DNA from: Burkholderiales bacterium
GTDB lineage: Bacteria > Pseudomonadota > Gammaproteobacteria > Burkholderiales > Burkholderiaceae_C
Direction: 5' to 3'
Assembly: GCA_043717565.1 (NCBI GenBank)
Contig: JAYSXE010000040.1
Span: 4,417-68,416, forward strand
Length of the DNA: 64,000 nt
Below, piece by piece: positions 10,436-19,761 of the stretch. The notes under the pieces were generated by a model. It was given only the letters and a program-made list of their open reading frames with translations, was not told the DNA's origin and made no database searches. Within the stretch, counting starts at the first letter, position 1. Each line of letters begins with the position of its first letter. The position numbers were made by a program, and so were the translations under genes.

Positions 10436-10636
10436 TCAGGTCTGCCTGCGGCGCACGGCGGCGCACGGCACCGCCAGCCCAGCCGACATCACCGCCCTGA
10501 ATCGACTGAGGACGTGGTTGTCGGGGATGTTGCCGAGACCACCAAACTTTGTGGCGTCGAGATCGACGATGAGGTTCGTCGTGAACGAACCGTTGCCAAA
10601 GTTGACGTGGTTGTAGGTGCCCGAGAAGGTGTAGCT
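10436..10636 (-). pseudogene. Remnant of a probable PEP-CTERM surface protein
   Basis: Startless frame SYTFSGTYNHVNFGNGSFTTNLIVDLDATKFGGLGNIPDNHVL...MSAGLAVPCAAVRRRQT*, with gene-like codon use and a degraded TM+RRR sorting tail. Confidence 0.5.
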
Positions 10637-12350
10637 ACTTGCTGAAGTGGTGTCGCAATTCCAGCGGCTGGTCGTTGCGAACGTAGACCGTGATCATGTA
10701 CGGGCTGAATCCCGCACTCTTGAGCAGGATGGACTGCTGGCCCACCGGCAGCCGCAATTGCGTCATCGGCGGTGTGGTGCCGACCAGCGCGCCGTTGACC
10801 ACCACCTCGGCGGTTGGGCTGACTTCGAGCGACACCACGCCCACCCGCTTGGCGGCGTAGATCATTTCCCGTTCCTGCAGGCGTTCTTCGGTCGGTGCAG
10901 CGGCCGCCACAGTCGCCGTGGGGGTTGGGGCACGGGCCGCGCTCGTGGCCGGCACCAGCGCGCCCGCCGACGCGATGGGCGCCAGCAGGAAACGCAGGTT
11001 GGGCAACAGTGGCCACGCCAGCGCTGTGCAACCCAGCGCCACGCCGGCCGCCAGGGCCATGCGGCCGCGCACGGACGGCTGCCGAGCGCGCCGCCGCTGC
11101 GCGCTGCGCTCGTGCTGCGTTTGCGCCATCAGCAGCTTGCGTGCGGCATGCCGGTCTATCCAGTCGGCCAGCGCGCGGGCCAGCTCATCAGCGCTGGAAA
11201 AGCGGTGTTCCGGCTGTCGTGCCATGGCGCGCGCGGCGATGGACACCAGGGTGCGCGGCACATTGCCGCGCATGGCCTCTATACGGATGGGCTCGTTGTC
11301 CAGCACCTCACGCGTCACGTCTTGCGCGGTGTGGCCGCCGAAGGGCCGCGTAGATGTCAGCAGTTCGTACAGCACCACACCCACGGCGCGCACGTCTGTG
11401 CGCTCGTCGGCCACGCCATGCATAAGCTGCTCGGGCGCCAGATACTGCAAGGTGCCAACGGGGACCGTGCGGTGGTCAACACCCATGCTGTGCGCAGCCT
11501 GCATCAACCCGAAGTCCAGCAGCTTGGGCTGCACCCGGTCGTCCAAGAAGATGTTGGTCGGCTTCAGGTTGCCGTGCACCAAACCCTGGGCATGCGCATG
11601 GGCCAGCGCTTCGGCCACGCGGCGCATGATCAGCGCCGCCAGCGAAGGGCGCGGCCGCCAACCTGTGTCCAGCGCCTCGCGCATGTTGCGGCCGGGCAGG
11701 CGTTCCGTCGCGACGAAGACACCGAAAGGCGACAGGCCGGCTTCCAGCACATTGGCAATGTGCGGGTGGTGCAGGGCCTGTGCCGCGCGGGCGTTGGCCA
11801 GCACGCGCTGGTCCAGCTTTTCCTTGATCTCGGCCCGGTCGCGCACCGCCAGCAGCGCGTGCAACTGGGGTTCCAGTTGCAGCTGCACCGTCTTCACCAC
11901 CACCGGGCGTGAATGCACAGGGTCCCAAGCCTCGAAGACCTGCCCCAGGGGGCCGCGGTGCAGCCGGCCGGTGATGGTGTAGCGGCCTATGACTGCAGGG
12001 CCTGTTGCGGTGCCTGCAGCGGCGGCACGCGGCGCACCTTCTGCAACCGCGGCACCCGCTGCACCCGAACGCGTTGCAGCCCCAGCATCGGCCTGCGGCC
12101 GCGGTGGGCCAGCCCCAACAGCCGCATGCCCGGGGTGGGCCAGGCTTGGCACAGCAACGGGGCCTGCCGGAGCCGGGTCGTCGACGAACTGCGAATCAAA
12201 ACCCGTCAGGTATTGCGACTCCGCACCGCACCCCAGGCCAGCATCACCGCCGTCGGGCGCCGGGCGCGGGCAAGCCACCGTGTCCGCCCACTGCGGCCCG
12301 TGCCCGCCCAAGCGCCCCGTCCACGATTGCAGCCTTTGCTGCACGCCCAT
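10635..12350 (-). CDS. Membrane Hanks-type Ser/Thr kinase-like protein with C-terminal PEGA-like domain; probable pseudokinase
   Basis: IGRYTI, VVVK, HPHIANV, HGNLKPTNI, DFG, GTLQYLAPEQ; TM segment LAAGVALGCTALAWPLL; PEGA-like VSPTAEVVVNGALVGTTP; start uncertain. Confidence 0.85.
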   Translation of the reverse strand: MGVQQRLQSWTGRLGGHGPQWADTVACPRPAPDGGDAGLGCGAESQYLTGFDSQFVDDPAPAGPVAVPSLAHPGHAAVGAGPPRPQADAGAATRSGAAGAAVAEGAPRAAAAGTATGPAVIGRYTITGRLHRGPLGQVFEAWDPVHSRPVVVKTVQLQLEPQLHALLAVRDRAEIKEKLDQRVLANARAAQALHHPHIANVLEAGLSPFGVFVATERLPGRNMREALDTGWRPRPSLAALIMRRVAEALAHAHAQGLVHGNLKPTNIFLDDRVQPKLLDFGLMQAAHSMGVDHRTVPVGTLQYLAPEQLMHGVADERTDVRAVGVVLYELLTSTRPFGGHTAQDVTREVLDNEPIRIEAMRGNVPRTLVSIAARAMARQPEHRFSSADELARALADWIDRHAARKLLMAQTQHERSAQRRRARQPSVRGRMALAAGVALGCTALAWPLLPNLRFLLAPIASAGALVPATSAARAPTPTATVAAAAPTEERLQEREMIYAAKRVGVVSLEVSPTAEVVVNGALVGTTPPMTQLRLPVGQQSILLKSAGFSPYMITVYVRNDQPLELRHHFSK

Positions 12351-12717
12351 CAAAAGAGGATTTCTCACCCGGACCAGATTAACCCGGCCAGCCCGCGGCA
12401 GGGGCCGCACCGCCGTGGTGTTCAGGCGATTCCTAACAGTGCGTAACGTTTGTTGCGTGTGCACGCATTCATCCCGGGGGGATATGGAGTCAATTTTCGG
12501 CGTTAGCTGCGCGGTGAAGGCCGACTGCAGCATCCCCTGCGTCGGCGCCGGCAAAGCCCCGCGTGATCGTGTGCCGGGTTTCCGGCAACACGGGAACACA
12601 CCCGTCGGGCCGCTGGTCTGAGGTTGGGTGAACCCACCAGGGCCGGTTGGCGTCATGACCCGACGGGGTGCACGGTCGCCCGGGGCCACCCAACCCGCTG
12701 TGGCACCATGGCCGGCC

Positions 12718-13668
12718 ATGATTGATGTCGTTGTTCTCTTCTTCCTGCTGGGCGTGTTTGCCCGCCTCGTCAAATCGGACCTGCGGCTGCCCGAGGCGCT
12801 GTACGAAACACTGTCCATCTACCTGCTGCTGGCCATCGGCCTGAAAGGCGGCATCGAACTGAGCAAGCAACCGCTGGCAGCGTTGGCGCCACAGGTGGCT
12901 GCTGCGGTGTTGCTGGGCTTTGCCATTCCCTTTGCGCTGTTTCCACTGCTCAGGGCCTTCCGCCTGAACGGGCCTGACAGCGCGGCCCTGGCGGCGCACT
13001 ACGGTTCGGTCAGCGTGGTGACTTTCGCCGTGGTGACGGCCGCCCTGGCCCGTGAAGGCATTGCCTACGAAAGCCATGCGCCGCTGTGGGTGGCGGTGAT
13101 GGAAGCACCCGGCCTGGTGGCCGGCATCCTGCTGGCGCGGTGGTCGATGCGCAACGAAGGTGAAGCCGGCAAGCCCACCCGCTGGGGCGCGCTGGCGCAC
13201 GACGTGCTGTTCGGCAAGAGCGTGCTGGTGCTGATGGGGGGCCTGGCCATTGGCGCCGTTGCGGGCGTGGAAGGCACCGCCCCCATCAAGGCCTTGTTCA
13301 TCGACCCGTTCAAGGGCGTGCTGGCGCTGTTTCTGCTGGAACTGGGGTTGGTGGCCGGTGGCCGGCTGAGCGAACTGCGGCGCTTTGGTGCCCCGGTGCT
13401 GCTGGTGGGCCTGATCGCGCCGCCGCTGCTGGCGCTGGCCGGTGCCGCCGTGGGCGTGGCGCTGCAGCTCAGCACCGGCGGCGTGGCCATCATGGCCACG
13501 CTGGCCGCCAGCGCCAGCTACATTGCGGCGCCCACGGCCATGCGCATTGCCGTGCCGCAGGCCAACGCGGCACTCTCCATCACCGCCGCACTGGGCATCA
13601 CCTTCCCCTTCAACCTGGTGGTGGGCATACCGCTGTACATCCAACTGGCCAAGGCATGGACGACATGA
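12718..13668 (+). CDS. sbtA: Sodium-dependent bicarbonate transporter (SbtA family)
   Basis: KSDLRLP...LSIYLLLAIGLKGG, AAHYGSVSVVTF, ASASYIAAP, LGITFPFNLVVGIPLY. Confidence 0.9.
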   Translation: MIDVVVLFFLLGVFARLVKSDLRLPEALYETLSIYLLLAIGLKGGIELSKQPLAALAPQVAAAVLLGFAIPFALFPLLRAFRLNGPDSAALAAHYGSVSVVTFAVVTAALAREGIAYESHAPLWVAVMEAPGLVAGILLARWSMRNEGEAGKPTRWGALAHDVLFGKSVLVLMGGLAIGAVAGVEGTAPIKALFIDPFKGVLALFLLELGLVAGGRLSELRRFGAPVLLVGLIAPPLLALAGAAVGVALQLSTGGVAIMATLAASASYIAAPTAMRIAVPQANAALSITAALGITFPFNLVVGIPLYIQLAKAWTT

Positions 13669-13967
13669 ACCACCACCCGAAAAAACTGCTGGTCATCATG
13701 GCCGAGGCGGCACTGGAAAAAGCCCTGGTGCAAGACGTGAAGCGCCTGGGCGCGCACGGCTACACCGTGTATGACGTGCGGGGCGCCGGGGCCGCCGGTG
13801 AACGCGAAGGCGCCTGGGAAGCCGACCGCACCATCGAGATGAAGGTCATATGCGACGCCGACGTGGCCGACCGCATCGCCCACGACGTTCTGGCCAGCTA
13901 TGGGCAGAACTATGGGCTCTCGATGTTCTTTGCCGACGTGACGGTGCTGCGCGCCAACAAGTTCTGA
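13665..13967 (+). CDS. sbtB: PII-like regulator SbtB
   Basis: KKLLVIMAEAALEK...LGAHGYTVYDVRGAG...VTVLRANKF; ATGA-coupled to sbtA. Confidence 0.88.
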   Translation: MNHHPKKLLVIMAEAALEKALVQDVKRLGAHGYTVYDVRGAGAAGEREGAWEADRTIEMKVICDADVADRIAHDVLASYGQNYGLSMFFADVTVLRANKF

Positions 13968-14020
13968 CGGCTGGTTTGTTACACGTTCGCCAAACCCGGC
14001 CCTGAGCCGCGGGGTGCCCC

Positions 14021-14356
14021 GTGCCACGGCGAAAGACCAGACTGAAACCAGGCCAAAGCTGGGTATGGGTCGGGTTGTTCGACAACCTGAACACCCGCGT
14101 TTGCAACTGCAACGCCCTCGCCGTCCACGAAGCCCATAAAGCCTTTCCGTTTCGCCATGAGAACCCTGTTGTGCCGGTGGCGCAGGTGGCGACCAAAACC
14201 GATGCAAACGCCATCGCCGCATCACGGGATGGCACCGAGGCCACCGCAGAACCCCGCACCATTGACGCGTCGGAAACGCCTTCGGTCAGCCTGCTCGCAG
14301 CCGGTTTGCTGGGCATCGGATTCCTGGTCTCGCGTCGGGGCGCCCGCCTGCGTTGA
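14021..14356 (+). CDS. Small ORF or remnant ending in a degenerate PEP-CTERM-like sorting signal
   Basis: C-terminus DASETPSVSLLAAGLLGIGFLVSRRGARLR (PEP-like motif, TM, basic cluster); no N-terminal signal peptide. Confidence 0.45.
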   Translation: MPRRKTRLKPGQSWVWVGLFDNLNTRVCNCNALAVHEAHKAFPFRHENPVVPVAQVATKTDANAIAASRDGTEATAEPRTIDASETPSVSLLAAGLLGIGFLVSRRGARLR

Positions 14357-14505
14357 ACGCGGCTCGGCGGCGGCCCGCGGCTGCCGGTATCCAGGCGCCG
14401 CCGGCAGTCGGCAGCGGCCGCCAGCGCGCCGGTAAGGTTGCCACCCCGGGCGACAATGCAAGCTGAAAACTTGCAGCAATCCCACCGCACAAGGCCCCGC
14501 CTTTC

Positions 14506-15480
14506 ATGAATCGCACCTGTTTCGCCAGCGCGTTGACGCTGGGCCTGGCCTTGCTTGCTGCGCTGCCCGCGCTGGCGCAAGGTTTCCCCACCAAGCCGGT
14601 GAAGATCATCATCGGCTTCCCTGCCGGCGGCCCGCTGGACAGCCACGCGCGGCTGCTGGCCGACGAACTGGGCAAACGCCTGGGGCAGCCCATCATCGTG
14701 GACTACAAGGCCGGGGCGGGCGGCACCGTGGGTGCTGAATTCGTGGCCAAGAGCGACGCCGACGGCCACACGCTGCTGATGGCCAACACCGGCACCATGG
14801 TCATCAACCCCGCCATCTACAGCAAGCTGCCCTACCAGACGCTGAAAGACTTCGCGCCCGTGGCGCGCACCGCGCAGCAGCCGCTGGCGCTGGTGGTGAA
14901 CCCCAACGTGCCAGCCAAGACGGTGCAGGAACTGGTGGCGCTGGCCAAGAACAAGCCCGGCCAGTTGAACTACGGTTCAGCCGGCAACGGCGGCATCAGC
15001 CACCTGGTGCCCGAGATGTTCAAGCAGGCCACGGGCACCTTCATCGTGCACATTCCCTACCGCGGCAGCGCACCGGCCTTCACCGACCTGATGGCCGGCC
15101 AGGTGCAGGTGATGGCCGAGTCCATTCCCCAGGCCGCCGCCTACGTGAAAGCCGGCAAGCTGCGCGCACTGGCCGTGACCAGCGGCGCACGCAACCCGGC
15201 CCTGCCCGACACACCCACGCTGAAGGAAGCGGGCCTGAAGGACTTTGAGGTGGTGGGCTTCTACGGCGTGCTGGCACCCGCCGGCACCCCACCCGCGGTG
15301 CTGGCGCGCTTGTCTGAAGCCTTCAAGGCCGTGCTGGAAACACCCGACATCCGCCAGCGCATGGTCACGCAGGGCGCCGACCCCGCCTTCCTGGACCCGC
15401 AGGCTTTCCGCAGCTTTCTGGCCGCAGAGATGCCACGCTGGGCCAAGGCGGTGAAGGATTCCGGCGCCAAGCTGGACTGA
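14506..15480 (+). CDS. Bug/TctC family tripartite tricarboxylate transporter substrate-binding protein
   Basis: FPTKPVKIIIGFPAGGPLD, GAGGTVG, NYGSAGNG, HIPYRGSAPA. Confidence 0.93.
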   Translation: MNRTCFASALTLGLALLAALPALAQGFPTKPVKIIIGFPAGGPLDSHARLLADELGKRLGQPIIVDYKAGAGGTVGAEFVAKSDADGHTLLMANTGTMVINPAIYSKLPYQTLKDFAPVARTAQQPLALVVNPNVPAKTVQELVALAKNKPGQLNYGSAGNGGISHLVPEMFKQATGTFIVHIPYRGSAPAFTDLMAGQVQVMAESIPQAAAYVKAGKLRALAVTSGARNPALPDTPTLKEAGLKDFEVVGFYGVLAPAGTPPAVLARLSEAFKAVLETPDIRQRMVTQGADPAFLDPQAFRSFLAAEMPRWAKAVKDSGAKLD

Positions 15481-15536
15481 ACCGGCGCGTGTGCAGCGCG
15501 CACGCTGGCCAGCTTGTTCACTGCGCGCGGCTGCCC

Positions 15537-15552
15537 TGGCAACGGGCGTGCG
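15537..15552 (+). promoter_or_regulatory. Candidate sigma-54 (-24/-12) promoter for the URC operon
   Basis: TGGCAACGGGCGTGCG has GG-N10-GC spacing, about 80 nt upstream of the ATG at 15632; could be chance in GC-rich DNA. Confidence 0.3.
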
Positions 15553-15631
15553 GCGTATCCTCTCGCGCTTGCCTGTTCGCCAGTGACGGTGCCCCAGCGG
15601 CGCAGCCACCCCTTCACGCGAAAGAAAGCCG

Positions 15632-16931
<1,300 letters not shown>

Positions 16932-16939
<8 letters not shown>

Positions 16940-18206
16940 CACCCCCCGCCACGGCCCCGACGCGGCCAGCGTGCTGCGCAACCCAGCAACCATTCGGCAG
17001 CGTTGCGCCGGCATCACGCAAGCGGTGAGCGAGGGCCGTTCATCACACTTCGTGCTGGACCGCAGCCGCCTGGACCACACCGCCGCCCGCGTGGAAGAAG
17101 TCACCCGCGCCGCCTACCCCACGCTGCAGATCCCGTACCACAGCCGCTGGCGGCACTTCGAGGTGGGCGGCGTGAACCGCAAGGCCGAGATGGACGCGCT
17201 GCTGGCCGGCCGCAGCACGGCCGAGCAGGCGCGCGCGCGCATCGACCTGACAGTCATCAGCGTGCTGCTGGACGCTGGCGCCGGGCCGCAGTGGCGTTAT
17301 GACGAAGCCGAAAGCGGCCAGCGCTTCAGCCGCTCAGAAGGCCTGGGCGTGGCCAGTTTCCGCGCCTTCCTGCGCGGCGACTTTTCAGCGCAACCCGCCA
17401 CCGACCCGCTGCGCGTGGACGCCAGCGTGCTGCTGCGCCTGGACGCCGCAGCACTGGCCCGCGTGTTCCAGGCCAGCCCACAAAACCCGCTCGTGGGCCT
17501 GGAAGGCCGCGCCGCACTGCTGCGCCGGCTGGGCCAGGCGCTGCAGGCCGAAGGCGGCGCCCTGGGCGTGCCGGCACAGCCTGGGCTGCTGTTTGACGTG
17601 CTCACTGGCACGACAGACGGGGCGCCACCGCGCAGCGAGATCACTGCCGCGCAGGTGCTGCGCAACCTGCTGGACACCTTCTCGCCCATCTGGTTGACCG
17701 GCAGCGTGCTGCACGGCGTGCCGCTGGGCGACGTGTGGCCGCACCGCTGGGCCGGCGGTGAAGACCCCATGGCCGGCCGCCACGGCACGACGGCCGGTTG
17801 GGTGCCCTTCCACAAGCTGAGCCAGTGGTTGAGCTATTCGCTGCTGGAACCCTTCGAATGGGCCGGCGTGAAGGTCACCGAGCTGGACAACCTGACCGGC
17901 TTGCCCGAATACCGCAATGGCGGCCTGCTGCTGGACAGCGGCGTCATCCAACCGCGCAGCGCCGCCAGCCTGGCCAAGACCTGGCAGGTCAGCGACGAGT
18001 TCATCATCGAATGGCGCGCGCTGACCGTGTCGCTGCTGGACGAACTGGCCCCACTGGTGCGCACCCGCCTGGGGTGCACGGACCAACAGATGCCGCTGGC
18101 CTGCGTGCTGGAAGGCGGCACCTGGGCCACCGGCCGCGTGCTGGCACGCGAACTGCGTGACGGTTCACCGCCGCTGAACATCAGCAGCGACGGCACGGTG
18201 TTCTGA
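16932..18206 (+). CDS. URC4/urg3 family protein (DUF1688)
   Basis: [64 protein letters not shown]; TTG start overlaps the upstream stop. Confidence 0.9.
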
Positions 18207-18261
18207 CCAGCTGAACCCAAGGCCGACCACGACCCAACGACGAAACCCGCAGAGGAAAACG

Positions 18262-18894
18262 ATGACCGCACCCGTACACCACATCACGCACCCGCTGATC
18301 CAGCACAAGCTGACGCTGATGCGCCAGAAAGACCGCAGCACCAGCAACTTCCGCACACTGATGAACGAGATCAGCATGCTGATGGCTTACGAGGTGACGC
18401 GCGACATGCCGGTGCAGTTGATCGAAATCGAGACTCCGCTGGAAACCATGATGTCGCCGATGATCGACGGTAAAAAAACCGTGTTCGTCAGCATCTTGCG
18501 CGCCGGCAACGGCTTTCTGGACGGCATGCTGAACGTGGTGCCCGGCGCCCGCGTGGGCCACGTGGGCTTGTACCGCGACCCGAAAACGCTGGTGGCGGTG
18601 GAGTACTACTTCAAGATGCCGCACGACATGCACGAGCGCGACGCCATCGTGCTGGACCCGATGCTGGCCACCGGCAACAGCGCCGTGGCAGCGGTGGACC
18701 GGCTGAAGGAAACCTCACCGCGCAGCATTCGCTTCGTCAGCCTGGTGTCGGCGCCCGAGGGCATTGCCAACATGCAGAGGCACCACCCCGATGTGCCGAT
18801 CTTCACCGCGGCCATCGACCGCGAACTGAACAGCCACGGCTACATCGTGCCGGGGTTGGGGGACGCGGGGGACCGGCTCTTCGGCACCAAATAA
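18262..18894 (+). CDS. upp: Uracil phosphoribosyltransferase
   Basis: [19 protein letters not shown] motif [29 protein letters not shown]. Confidence 0.97.
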   Translation: MTAPVHHITHPLIQHKLTLMRQKDRSTSNFRTLMNEISMLMAYEVTRDMPVQLIEIETPLETMMSPMIDGKKTVFVSILRAGNGFLDGMLNVVPGARVGHVGLYRDPKTLVAVEYYFKMPHDMHERDAIVLDPMLATGNSAVAAVDRLKETSPRSIRFVSLVSAPEGIANMQRHHPDVPIFTAAIDRELNSHGYIVPGLGDAGDRLFGTK

Positions 18895-19017
18895 CGCGCG
18901 GCTGTTTTCATCGTTTCGCTGTGCCCCGTGGCGCAGGGAACGAACAGCCACAAAGCCTGCGGCCGCACCATTCCACCGCAGGCCGCCCCCAAAGCGCAGA
19001 GGCTTCGCGGAACCGCC

Positions 19018-19579
19018 ATGCTCGTCACCCAACAGCCCGTGCTGCGCCGCTTCTGGTACGCCGTCATGCCCATGCACCAGCTGGGCGCGGGCCCGCAGCC
19101 CTTCACGCTGCTGGGCGAAAAGATCGTCTTGTGGAAGAAGGCCGACGGCACCCCTGCGGCGTTGCGTGACCGCTGCTGCCACCGCACGGCGCAGCTGAGC
19201 AAAGGTTTTGTCGACGGTGACCACATCGTCTGCGGCTACCACGGCTGGACCTACAACTGTCATCTACAACTGCGCCACCCCCATCGACGACGGCCGCATC
19301 ATGCTGGCGCAGTGGCTGTACCGCAGCGACAGCGAGGCCGACTGCAGCACGCAAGCGCTGATCGACTGGGACGAGGCCATCACCACGGAAGACCGCGAGA
19401 TTCTGGAAGCCACCGACCCCGACGTGTGCATCGACACCCGGCGGCGGGTGGAATTCCACATGCGGTCAGACAAGCCCGGGCTCATCATCCGCCAGCAACT
19501 GTTGGCGCTGCTGCAGGCGCATGGCGAAGAAGCGATGTACCGCGGCAGGCCGGTGGTGCCCATCGCGCCGCAGGGCTGA
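19018..19579 (+). pseudogene. Rieske non-heme iron oxygenase alpha subunit with a large internal deletion and frameshift
   Basis: Frame 1: MLVTQQPVLRRFWYAV...DRCCHRTAQLSKG...CGYHGWTYNC (Rieske ligands). After ~19259 another frame gives VIYNCATPIDD...EDREILE...SDKPGLIIR (C-terminus). The middle of the catalytic domain is absent. Confidence 0.85.
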
Positions 19580-19660
19580 TGCCGAATGAACCCGCCCGGG
19601 GGGAGCGGCGGGGTTGCATCGCGTCCACTGGGTTGGGCGCAAGCAACGGGTTAACACGGA

Positions 19661-19689
19661 GCGTTTGATAGGCGTTTGATAGGCCTTTG
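19661..19689. repeat. 11-bp tandem repeat upstream of the metalloprotease gene (possible response-regulator site)
   Basis: GCGTTTGATAG GCGTTTGATAG GCCTTTG. Confidence 0.6.
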
Positions 19690-19761
19690 CCGACCCGAGC
19701 GGCAGCGCGCTGCGCGGGCTGCGGCGACAATCGTTCTGCCTTTTTCATCCGCTGGACCACC

